IMG/VR virus record: IMGVR_UViG_3300031853_000007
Coordinates: 32,001 to 96,000 of that record
Direction: 5' to 3' (one strand)
DNA: 64,000 nucleotides
Source of the DNA: a virus
Taxonomy: Duplodnaviria > Caudoviricetes
Part shown: positions 29,927-38,899 of the stretch, piece after piece
Numbering within the stretch: position 1 is the first letter of the stretch
Layout: every line of letters begins with the position of its first letter
Translations under genes and position numbers: made by a program
Notes under the pieces: model-generated
Told to the model about the DNA's origin: nothing
What the model saw: only the letters and a program-made list of their open reading frames with translations
Databases searched by the model: none

Positions 29927-32031
29927 ATCTCTACATTAGAAAGAATTGCCAATTTAACTATATCATCATACAACTCCTGATTATCTTCAAACGTCTGTCC
30001 ACTATGTATATTGTTCCAGAATAACGTGTTGAGTTCCTGAGACAGATTAACTATCTCACCGATTTTGTTTACGCTGGTCTTTATATCAAGGTCACACTTG
30101 TCGCTATTGTTATAGTAGCGCTTTCTCTTGATAGCAGAAACCAGAGATGTGGGGATGGCAAACTTAGAGTAATTGCGTTCTGCGGCAGCTATCAACAACT
30201 TGTTATTAGTGAGCATCATTGTATCACTATCAAAATCGGCGCCGTTGAGCTTCTCTAATAGATTCTCATTTATGCTATTCACACACACAATTTCTTCGGT
30301 AAGGAAGAAGTAATCGTCTATATGCTTGCTCTCCACGTTATTCGCCAATAGTATGTTACCCGCGCAGATATGCGGACTTCTCGATCCGAGTAACTTCTTT
30401 CCATACTCGAACCGCACGTTATGTATGTTTCCCACACCCAAATCAGATTCGCCGTTGAATCTTCCGATAGACTGCAACAGCATCTCATATGGATTGCCAA
30501 GTAGCGTACTGTAATTGCCATTTACCAGAACGTGACCCGACATAAGGTTCTTCTTGAACGATACAAGCAAGTCCTTTAGAAAGTCGTGGTACAGTTTAGT
30601 CTCGGTAAACTTCTCATTGATACCAAGGAGCTGATACACTATGTCGTTCTTATTTGCTATCTCCTCTAAGTTAATGGGCGGATTCTCGGGGTACTTAATA
30701 TGGTGACGCACGACAGCAGGATTGTACCGCAGGTTAGACATATACTCGAAGGACTCCGCAAGTAAACGATCAACTTCCTTTTCCGAAAGCTGTAAAGTGT
30801 TGAGCAACTGATAGTGTGTCTGAACTAATCTACCATCGAAATAGTGTGTAGGCTTTTCATGCTTTACTACACCAAACGTGGTTTCGAGGTTATCGAGCCA
30901 CTGGTCGAGCGTTCCGAACTTTAAGAACTTGATGCTACTCGGCGTGGTTATCAACTTGATGTCCTCAATTGATTTAGCGCGGGTATAACCGTTAAGCTGC
31001 GAAACCTCGGTGATTCCATTATCGGCAAAGAACTTCTGAATGTGGGTAGAAAACGCGGCAGTCTTGAAGAAGCGGTTACGAAGCAGGAGCATACTGTAGT
31101 GGCTGTATTTTCCGTACATCGAATAGTCCATAAGAGTCTGACCGTCCCATATACTGTTGTTTACCTCAACAAAGTCGTTGGTTGTCTGGAGCGAAGTTCC
31201 ATCATATGAGACAGCGGCGGCTCTATCCTTAAACACGCTATTGTAATCGTCGATCACCAGAATGTTTTCAGGCTGTATCTCAATCGTGTCAATGATACTA
31301 CTGAGTGTCAGCGATATGTAAGCTTCAAAAGCAGCGAGGTCTATCTCGTCACCGTCGCGGATTTTTAAACCACAGCATTCCCATTTGTGCATACGGCTGT
31401 ACAGCTTCTCGTCGATGAACAGACACTTGCCAACGCGGGAGCTACCACTACTGCGCTTGAAACGGATATATTTGATACCGTCGCAGTAGAACCCATTATT
31501 ATAGAGTTCGTTACGCAGGTCAGCAACACTATTCAGTACCAAAATATTATCTTTAGCGTAGTACTTCTTATCCTTGACGTAGAAGAACTTACCGAGAACT
31601 TCGGGGTCGTCCACAATCTTGTCCATTTCCTTATTGGTTTGGATAGCAATAAGTTCGCCGTCTTCTATGCAGATACCGTCGGTAAGCGTGATGTCGTTTA
31701 TGTCGTAGCCGAACTTAACGTAGATGTCAGAAGTGATTCGGTTATAGAGTTTGTTGCTGTAGTTAAAGTTGACGTTGATGATGCGCTGGGTATACTCCTT
31801 TTCGCCTATAAAAAAAGAAAACCGCTTGTTGCGGTAGACTTTAGTGTATACGTCTCGGAGTTTAAATAGGTCGAGACAGTAATCGAGGTCGCCCGAAAAC
31901 TTGCGGGGACTGATTGAACCATCGCGGCGGCGGATATTATAACCAAGAGGATTTGGCTTGTTATAGTGGTTGGCTATGTAGATATCCTTAGCGTCGAGGT
32001 TCAGTATTTTGATTGACTTGGGTTTACTCAT
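29927..32031 (-). CDS. YonO-like single-subunit RNA polymerase (cellular RdRP-like fold), exon 1; spliced ~926 aa
   Basis: RSSGSSRVG, WDG, RNRFFK, RSPH, catalytic GADFDSD, IGEIVN; SPbeta-like synteny with HU and phosphoesterase. Confidence 0.8.
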
Positions 32032-32046
32032 GTTATCACTCTCCAT

Positions 32047-32073
32047 AAAAAAAGAACGAGCGTTAACTCGTTC
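32047..32073 (-). terminator. Intrinsic terminator between rep and RNA polymerase
   Basis: GAACGAG-TTAACG-CTCGTTC followed by T7. Confidence 0.7.
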
Positions 32074-32095
32074 GGTCGTGTTATTGTTTTTCCTA

Positions 32096-32887
32096 TTATA
32101 GTGGCTGCCAATCGTCTGGCAAATCATTTGATAACCTTTCTATTTCTCGCCGTTCCTTTTCACTATCATAGACTCTAAATACAACAGAAGTTACTTTACC
32201 ACTCGTTATGACTTCTTCGTACTTCACCGAAATATCAGTTTTGGTGTTAATCTCGTCTACGGCAACTCCGAGAACTTTGGTGCGAAACCTATTAAAATCC
32301 TTTTTGTATCTTGAAGTCTTAACTCTAAACACATCTTTCATTAAACTATCTACCTGAATCTTCCAAGAAGAACGAAATGCGTTATCTTTTAAATACTGAT
32401 AAAGATATATTGAGTACAAACTCTTCATCGTAATAACATTACGTAGCTGATATCTTACATATCCGATTTGGTCTAAATTAAAGAATAACGGTTTTGCGGT
32501 TTCACTACACTTTAAGTAAATATACTTTTCGTCTGTTATTTCATCTCTTTTTACTCCTGCACTATCAAATAGATTACAAACAAGAAATCCATCTTCGCTA
32601 TCTTCAAAAGGGACTGTTACTTGTAATTTAATAAGGTCTGATAAACTCTTCTGTAACTCCTCAGTTCTAAGTCTTGATACACCAAGCATGTTCTCGTATT
32701 CCGATACTTTGAATGAAACAATAGTCTCGTCTGGATTGTGAGAGTTAATACAACTCATGTATGTATCGAGTACTTTGAATTGACCGATGGTATAATTAAT
32801 ATCCGTAGCTAGAAGTAGCGGTCTGCTCTTTTGAACTATATGGTTGGAATTAAGTATGGTGGGCTTTGATTCATTTTTCTCTTTCAT
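32096..32887 (-). CDS. Plasmid-type replication initiator (Rep_3/RepB family)
   Basis: HIVQKSRPLL, MKSLYSIYLYQYLK, FNRFRTKVLGVAVDEINTKTDI; iterons upstream. Confidence 0.85.
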   Translation of the reverse strand: MKEKNESKPTILNSNHIVQKSRPLLLATDINYTIGQFKVLDTYMSCINSHNPDETIVSFKVSEYENMLGVSRLRTEELQKSLSDLIKLQVTVPFEDSEDGFLVCNLFDSAGVKRDEITDEKYIYLKCSETAKPLFFNLDQIGYVRYQLRNVITMKSLYSIYLYQYLKDNAFRSSWKIQVDSLMKDVFRVKTSRYKKDFNRFRTKVLGVAVDEINTKTDISVKYEEVITSGKVTSVVFRVYDSEKERREIERLSNDLPDDWQPL

Positions 32888-32999
32888 ATTATCATATCCT
32901 TTCATACATCGCTCGACATTCTATACACTGACTATACTGTACAAAAAAACGGACTTAAAAGTGAAACTCCGAAATTTTGGGATTTTGCTGGTCGATTTT

Positions 33000-33083
33000 G
33001 GATTCTAGGGGGGAATGCTTGGATTGTAGGGGGGAATGCTTGGATTGTAGGGGGGAACGTATGGATTTCAGGGGGGAATACTC
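33000..33083. repeat. Iterons: 4 x 21-bp tandem repeats (GGATTgtAGGGGGGAAtgctt)
   Basis: Units start at 33000, 33021, 33042 and 33063, upstream of rep. Confidence 0.88.
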
Positions 33084-33123
33084 CCTTGAGAATGCCCAGA
33101 ATGTTTACGTTTTCGATACCCCG

Positions 33124-33160
33124 TAATCAAGTATATAATCAAGTATATAATCAGGTTATA
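33124..33160. repeat. AT-rich 3 x 12-bp repeats (TAATCAAGTATA), likely origin unwinding element
   Basis: Tandem repeats next to the iterons. Confidence 0.7.
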
Positions 33161-33219
33161 ATATTATTAAATCACGTCTCGCAACTGTGTAAATAATTGG
33201 ACTGTTATTCTCTTGTAAC

Positions 33220-33243
33220 AAAAAAGTCACCTCGCGGGTGACT
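33220..33243 (-). terminator. Intrinsic terminator
   Basis: AGTCACC-CGCGA-GGTGACT then T-tract. Confidence 0.75.
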
Positions 33244-33685
33244 GAACTTCTATGTCTTTGTATCCTTGACAAGTATACTTGGCAAGGTCGGGTAAGCGTT
33301 AGCTTGCACGAAATAAGCCTCTTATAAATAGAGGGCATGGAGTCACACTATATCGTCGGCGTGACGTATAGCATGACCTCTTAACGTGCGACTCTTACTC
33401 TCAATAACTGCTCATAAGATGATTCCTCTGGTACTAACCCTTTAGCCGCAGTTATTTCGAGTAGTAAGTACGTCACAGCCGAATAAAACTGAGAACGCTC
33501 TGAGACGCACTGTGCGCGCTTCTGAGTGGTACTTCTCAAAGTAGGGTAAACTTGACGGTCAGTACACGGAAAGCTTGCTGTGGTTGATTCTGGTAGCCTC
33601 AGCGTGTACGTTGCTTTCCTATTGGCGACAGACGTTGTATCGCTCCTTTTCAAGAGCGGCGGTATTCAATTGTAAGGTGCGGTGT
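33244..33685 (-). ncRNA. Candidate structured ncRNA between recombinase and origin
   Basis: Nested helices 33356-33368/33469-33482, 33403-33411/33448-33456 and 33562-33568/33603-33609, among others; no credible ORF. Confidence 0.5.
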
Positions 33686-33688
33686 TAA

Positions 33689-34420
33689 TTAGTCGAACAG
33701 ACTATCTGCCTGATCGTAGTACTTGTCCGTTTCGTCGCGGGTGATGCCGCAGTAATTCAGGGTTACACTCGTGCTGCTGTGGTTGAACATATCCTGTAGG
33801 TGAATCAGTGCCTTGTTGTCGTTGGGGTTATTGTGTATCGTGTTGTAACCGTAGGTCTTCCTCATGGTGTGGGTTCCCATGCTACCAGTGAAGCCGACTT
33901 CCTTTGCGGCTTTCACAAGGATACGGTAGAACTGAGTCTCGTCCATCTTACCCTTGCGTTCGGACTGAATAAGGTAATCATCGAGGGTGTAGGAGTCCAA
34001 CTCGGCAAGGTAATCGGCAATTGCCATTTTCACGTTGTTACCAAGGCGGGGGTCGTTATGCTTGTGGGTCTTCTTCTCGCGGATGCTCAGGTAGTTGACG
34101 AACGAGCCGTCGCGGTTAAGTACATCACCGATTCTGAGGTTCAGCAGGTCGCTGACTCTGAGTCCGGTGGTACAGCCGAGCATCCAACCCATGCGGTTGC
34201 GGAGCTTGTGCTTCTTGGACTTACCGTGGGTGCCGAGATAATTAGCGATGGCGGCAACCATCTTTGGGTCACGTATGGGGTCGGAAGCGGTAGCCTTTCT
34301 CCTGCCATCTGAGGTATAGCGCGGATCCCAATTGTCGTGTCTGACGTACTGGCTGATGTCTACCTTCGCGGTAATCGTGGGGTGAACTTCGGGTGTCTTT
34401 AATTCATAAGCTGTGTTCAT
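33689..34420 (-). CDS. Tyrosine recombinase (catalytic-domain type)
   Basis: TGLRVSDLL, EKKT, HTMRKT, FNHSS, TLNY; start re-placed at MNTAYE (RBS AGAGGAG). Confidence 0.9.
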   Translation of the reverse strand: MNTAYELKTPEVHPTITAKVDISQYVRHDNWDPRYTSDGRRKATASDPIRDPKMVAAIANYLGTHGKSKKHKLRNRMGWMLGCTTGLRVSDLLNLRIGDVLNRDGSFVNYLSIREKKTHKHNDPRLGNNVKMAIADYLAELDSYTLDDYLIQSERKGKMDETQFYRILVKAAKEVGFTGSMGTHTMRKTYGYNTIHNNPNDNKALIHLQDMFNHSSTSVTLNYCGITRDETDKYYDQADSLFD

Positions 34421-34500
34421 AGTTTTCTCCTCTTTCTTTATAACTGTACTTGGTCGGCGGCACCTGTGGTTCGGGGTGTCGCTCTTTCTTCTATGATACA

Positions 34501-34529
34501 ATTATACCACAACTCGGCGGAAATGTCAA
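34501..34529 (-). promoter_or_regulatory. Consensus sigma-A promoter of the recombinase
   Basis: TTGACA-17 bp-TATAAT with TG extension. Confidence 0.85.
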
Positions 34530-35372
34530 GAGAAATCTGCAATTTTATACCGCAACTTTTGAAAAAATCAGGGCTGGAATTTGGGCGTGAGACGAACTGA
34601 GCGGGCTTATGCGGCGTGGTTTTTAAACTGATACCCCGCCTCTAATTTTGCGGTAGCGTAGCTTCTGGGAGCTTGTAGGTGCGTTATTTGGCAAAATTTT
34701 GCGCGTCGTGAAATGCGGTTGGCAAAAAACGGCGGTTCCGCGTTAACGAAAAGTTTACATTTTAGTTGAGGTGTAATTTTGTTTGCGAGTTGCAGTAGTT
34801 GGGTGGGAGTGAAAAATGAAAAAGTTGGGGTGAGAAATTGGGGGTTGGAGATAGAGGGGAGTAACTTTCTCTATTAACGCGCGGGTTCCTTTTAGGTATT
34901 TTTTATCCACCCCGCCCTCTTACAATATATGTGCATTAGTTTGCGAGTGTGTTCATGTTGTGGGGTTGCAATATGTGGGGGTATATGATATAATGCAATT
35001 GTCGGAAGCGACATATCGGACAGTGAAAAGACAAGTAACTGTCCCGCCCGCCGTGAAATGATAGTAACGGCAAAGATATCCCGCCCCGCGGAAGCCCCGC
35101 GGAAGCCGTGAAGTGATAGTAACGGCGGCGGCTATCATCTTTAAAGGGTAAACGAAAGACCCCGCCCCGCGGGTGTGACGTATTCACGGAAGCTGAAAAG
35201 TTTATAGACAGTTAATAACGGAAGCCCCGCCCCGCGGGGTATACCGATATTATATAGGGCGGTGTAAAGCCGCCCTCATACCGCGCCGCCCGCCGTGTTA
35301 GGCGGGGAGCGTGTACCATATCAACCCCGCCGCGCTTTGCGTGGTAATACAAATTTTTTGGAGGTATATACA

Positions 35373-36347
35373 ATGTATGCAAATGTTAATGTAAACGCAA
35401 AGGAAGCCCGCCCCGCCCGCCGTATCATCACCGCAAAGGAAGCCGCCGCGCTTTGCGCTAAAGTCCGTGCCGCCGCAAAGGAAGCCGCGGAAGCCGCCGC
35501 CGCCGCCGCGGAAGCGGTAAAGCCTTTAGGAACGGAAGGCGCAGTAATTTACTGGGAAATAGCCGCAAAGACTGCAAAGGCAAAGGCAAAGGAAGCCGCC
35601 GCGGAAGCCGCCCGCGCCGCTGATATCGCAAAGGAAGCGGCAAAGCTAGAAACTCTTAGCCGCTTTACCCCCCGCGCCGCCGCCGCCTTTGCAAAGGAAG
35701 CGGAAGCCGCCGCCGCCGTTGCACGTAATGCCGCAAAGGAAGCCGCGGAAGCCGCCGCGGAAGCGGTGAGGAAGCCCACAACGGCAGAAAAACGCGCCGC
35801 CGCGGAAGCCCGCATTTATGCGGCAATACATGAAGGCGATAAGCCCGCTAACGTTTGGGCGGCTATTTCTGCCGAAGGTTATATTTTGATAAAGCGGGAT
35901 TATTTTACCGCGGCTATCGGTGAGGAAGCGGCGAAGGCATACTATGGAAGTATTACCGCACTTTGCGGCAAAGTAACCTCCGCACTTCTTACATATCATA
36001 CCGCGCCGAATGATAGCAACGAAAATAAAGCCTTTGCGGCTTTACGTGAATTTATCAACCGTATCGGCGTTGAATATGGATTTACTACTAATACTGTAAA
36101 GGTGTTAGCCGCCCGCGCCTATACCTTCCGCCGCACATACGGCGAAGGGTACACCGCCGCCGCTTTAGGTAATGCGGGGATAATGCGTGAAGTGTTGGCA
36201 CATATCACCGCCGCCGACACCATCAAGGAAGCCGCCGCCGCTAAAGCGGAAGCGGAAGCGCGGAAGGAAGCCCGCCGCCGTGAGCGTAAAGCGGCAAAGC
36301 GTGCAAAGGCGGCAAAAAAAGCCGCCGCCGCAAAAAATAACAAGTGA
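35373..36347 (+). CDS. Ala/Lys/Glu-rich hypothetical protein, first gene of the rightward arm
   Basis: RBS GGAGG at 35360, ATG at 35373; terminator directly after. Confidence 0.7.
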   Translation: MYANVNVNAKEARPARRIITAKEAAALCAKVRAAAKEAAEAAAAAAEAVKPLGTEGAVIYWEIAAKTAKAKAKEAAAEAARAADIAKEAAKLETLSRFTPRAAAAFAKEAEAAAAVARNAAKEAAEAAAEAVRKPTTAEKRAAAEARIYAAIHEGDKPANVWAAISAEGYILIKRDYFTAAIGEEAAKAYYGSITALCGKVTSALLTYHTAPNDSNENKAFAALREFINRIGVEYGFTTNTVKVLAARAYTFRRTYGEGYTAAALGNAGIMREVLAHITAADTIKEAAAAKAEAEARKEARRRERKAAKRAKAAKKAAAAKNNK

Positions 36348-36351
36348 TATC

Positions 36352-36372
36352 AGACCCCTTCGGGGGTCTTTT
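36352..36372 (+). terminator. Intrinsic terminator
   Basis: AGACCCC-TTCG-GGGGTCT TTT. Confidence 0.8.
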
Positions 36373-36374
36373 AT

Positions 36375-36578
36375 TACGCGCGCGCACATATACGCGCCCA
36401 CACGCCTACATACATGGAATTTATCCCACATTATGCGCGTGCTATTCAAAATCCCCGCATAGGGGTATACTGTAATAACGCGGGTATAATTAAATTCCCG
36501 CGTTTTTGTTACGCGCGCACATATACGCGCAAAATTTCAAAATCCCCGCCGACTGTCGGGGTATATTACGCGGGTATG
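36375..36578. repeat. Two imperfect copies of a CGCG-rich unit
   Basis: CGCGCGCACATATACGCGC, AAAATCCCCGC...GGGGTATA and ACGCGGGTAT each occur twice, in the same order. Confidence 0.6.
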
Positions 36579-36696
36579 AAAAAAAATCCCGCTATAACGC
36601 GCCCGAAGCTTAAAATGCCGAAGGCGCGCCCATTTTCAAATAAAAAAGCGTTACGGGTGAAGTGCGCCCAAACGCGGAATTGGAGGAATTACCATA

Positions 36697-36840
36697 ATGA
36701 TAATTATAATATGTAAAAAGGGCGTAGAACGCCTTATGGAAATAGACAGGCAGATTCTGCCTAAACTGTTGGCAGAACTGACAGAAGATGAGTCCGTCAA
36801 TTATGTTCTTGACGGAGAAACTGGCGAAGTTATCGCCTAA
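36697..36840 (+). CDS. Small hypothetical protein (47 aa)
   Basis: RBS GGAGG; below the track cutoff. Confidence 0.4.
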   Translation: MIIIICKKGVERLMEIDRQILPKLLAELTEDESVNYVLDGETGEVIA

Positions 36841-36860
36841 TCAGAAAGGAGAAAACAACT

Positions 36861-37247
36861 ATGAATATGCCGACTTTTAGGAAGAATAAGAACGCGTATA
36901 CCCTCTGCGAAGGCAGACATACTATCTCCCTGCCCGCAGAAGTACAGGGCAGTATTTTCCCCGCAGAAGTTGACCCGACAGACATCGGGGGTCTGACAGA
37001 ATACTGTCAGAAGAATATCCCCGCAACTTGTAACGAACTGATCCTGTACGTTACAGGTCTGTCCGTTGCCCTTCTCGCAGTAGTCCGCTACTGTGACGGT
37101 AACGGCATATCCCTGACCTGTATGCACTATAACCGTGCTACAGGCGAATACTACCCGCAGAAGGTGTTGAAGTTCATCACCTGCCCCCATTGTGGGTATA
37201 GAATGCCCTCAACAGCTTGGCATTGTCCGGGCTGTGGCGCGTCTTAA
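36861..37247 (+). CDS. Hypothetical protein with C-terminal zinc ribbon
   Basis: RBS AAAGGAG; LYVTGLS; CPHCG...CPGCG. Confidence 0.7.
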   Translation: MNMPTFRKNKNAYTLCEGRHTISLPAEVQGSIFPAEVDPTDIGGLTEYCQKNIPATCNELILYVTGLSVALLAVVRYCDGNGISLTCMHYNRATGEYYPQKVLKFITCPHCGYRMPSTAWHCPGCGAS

Positions 37248-37263
37248 AAAGGGAGGGATTATC

Positions 37264-37677
37264 ATGGCAAGAATTCGTGAATGCCACTATGCCCAAAAGT
37301 GGCACGGCTTCAACATGAAGCCCGGCTTTTTGTTCGGCTCCACCGACAGAAGCGGAGTCGAAGGCTTCGTCTGGACAGGCTCTGTCCGTGACAAAAGACG
37401 GAAGGACGGCTCTGTCTGCGGGAAAGAAGTCCGCATATTTAAAGCCATTCTGCCCGCCCACTGGGAACAGGGCAAAAGAGCGGAATGGTATTCCGAATGG
37501 ATATCCGCCACTTCGGGACTTGGACAGGCTATATTGGAGAAGTCTGTCCGCCGTCAGAACGAAATAGTCCCCGACTACAGACCGAAGGGAAGATCTGAAA
37601 AGGGGTTCTACTTCAAGTCGGATAAAACCCGATATCCGACATACACCGCCGACGCTTGGCGGTATCAGAATAAGTAA
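37264..37677 (+). CDS. Hypothetical protein
   Basis: RBS GGGAGGG; start MARIRE. Confidence 0.65.
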   Translation: MARIRECHYAQKWHGFNMKPGFLFGSTDRSGVEGFVWTGSVRDKRRKDGSVCGKEVRIFKAILPAHWEQGKRAEWYSEWISATSGLGQAILEKSVRRQNEIVPDYRPKGRSEKGFYFKSDKTRYPTYTADAWRYQNK

Positions 37678-37942
37678 CAGCCTGCATTTTGTTAAAGCAG
37701 AAAGAAGTGATGTTTATGCTTTAAAGCAAGCGTGAAGGGTAACAGCGCAAGAAGTGACCCCGACCTACACACACACCCGAACCGAATCAGCTATAAGGTG
37801 CTGTGATGTGTTTGTTCGTTGAAATTATTAGGCGGTTTTAGCAGCCGCAAGAAAGGGAATGATAATCGTATGATTGTGTGATACTCGTTTGATAGTGCGA
37901 GAATAAATAATACTGTCGTAGCCGTCAGCTAACAACTGGCGG

Positions 37943-38006
37943 CTTTTCTAATGCGGCTCTGCATTGCAGAACAGTCCAAAGCCTGTGTAAACGCAGATGG
38001 GAAAAG
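37943..38006 (+). ncRNA. Twister ribozyme (type P1)
   Basis: P1 CUUUU/AAAAG, L1 CUAA, P2 UGCG/CGCA, P3 CUGC/GCAG, P4 ACAG/CUGU with loop UCCAAAGC, conserved GA, pseudoknots UCCA/UGGG and GC/GC. Confidence 0.85.
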
Positions 38007-38158
38007 AGATTGTCTAAAGGGTAACTGATAGACAGGTGCCAACATTGGATTTGTTGCAGAAACGTCACTATGGGCTTTCCAACATCTACGGAGAATCGGA
38101 CGGAGTGTTGACAGAATCTCTATGTCAAAATTAAAAATCTTTAAGGAGGTAGTTACAA

Positions 38159-38365
38159 ATGGGTAACGGTGTAACTTTTCAGGTAATCAAGGAACTTCCC
38201 CTGTCCATAGGCAGAAGTTCCGTAGCTATCGGCGGCAGAAGATATTCTCTGCTGAGAACCTATATCAACAAGGGCATCCGCCACTTCACGGCGGAAGCGT
38301 TCGCAACTGGCGAGCGAATCGACTTTGTTGTCAAGGGCAAGAATGCCCTAATCTGCACACACTAA
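38159..38365 (+). CDS. Small hypothetical protein
   Basis: RBS AAGGAGG. Confidence 0.65.
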   Translation: MGNGVTFQVIKELPLSIGRSSVAIGGRRYSLLRTYINKGIRHFTAEAFATGERIDFVVKGKNALICTH

Positions 38366-38377
38366 GGAGGAATAATT

Positions 38378-38584
38378 ATGAACCGCAGAATACCTAGAAA
38401 ACCCAAAGTTGTAATTTACAACGAGAGACTCGCTAATGGCAAAACTCGGCGGGTCTCTTTTTTGTTTACATCTGTTAAAAATGGAGAAGAATTTTCCCGC
38501 TTCTCCAATACCAAAAGAACCGCAATCGTTCCGACCGCAGACATAGTAGCTCTGTATTATGGTCGGGTCAGAATAGGAGGATAA
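38378..38584 (+). CDS. Small hypothetical protein
   Basis: RBS AAGGAGG. Confidence 0.6.
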   Translation: MNRRIPRKPKVVIYNERLANGKTRRVSFLFTSVKNGEEFSRFSNTKRTAIVPTADIVALYYGRVRIGG

Positions 38585-38682
38585 TCATGTGTAAGTGCGG
38601 TGGAAAGGGTGAATGCAAGAATTGCCCGCATAAGAAGTCGCAGGAGAGCGCGACAATAAAAAAATAATAAGGAGGAATTATC

Positions 38683-38898
38683 ATGTCAGAACATCCGAAA
38701 TTTAAACTCGCCAAACAGCTTTGTGCCGATTACGGTCTTCGCTGTAAGATTGTTGGCGTAGATGGCGCACTGTGGGTGTATATCCCCGCAATTGGCAAAT
38801 TTCAGCAGGCTTGTTTTTCCCTTCTGAATCTCTCAGAAGACCAGATTAGGGAGATGATAAAGCACGTTGACGACGGTTCAGCATGGGGAGGTTTTTGA
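38683..38898 (+). CDS. Small hypothetical protein
   Basis: RBS AAGGAGG. Confidence 0.65.
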   Translation: MSEHPKFKLAKQLCADYGLRCKIVGVDGALWVYIPAIGKFQQACFSLLNLSEDQIREMIKHVDDGSAWGGF

Positions 38899-38899
38899 T

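Noticed and set aside
33000-33083. Tandem repeats as a CRISPR array
   Set aside because: The 21-bp units are contiguous with no spacers and sit beside a rep gene, so they are iterons.
34500-35300. Hairpin-telomere (protelomerase) site at the strand switch
   Set aside because: No long perfect palindrome found and no protelomerase gene in the window.
38007-38110. Hammerhead ribozyme (CTGATAGA...GAAAC)
   Set aside because: The core is not CUGANGA and the three stems cannot be built consistently.
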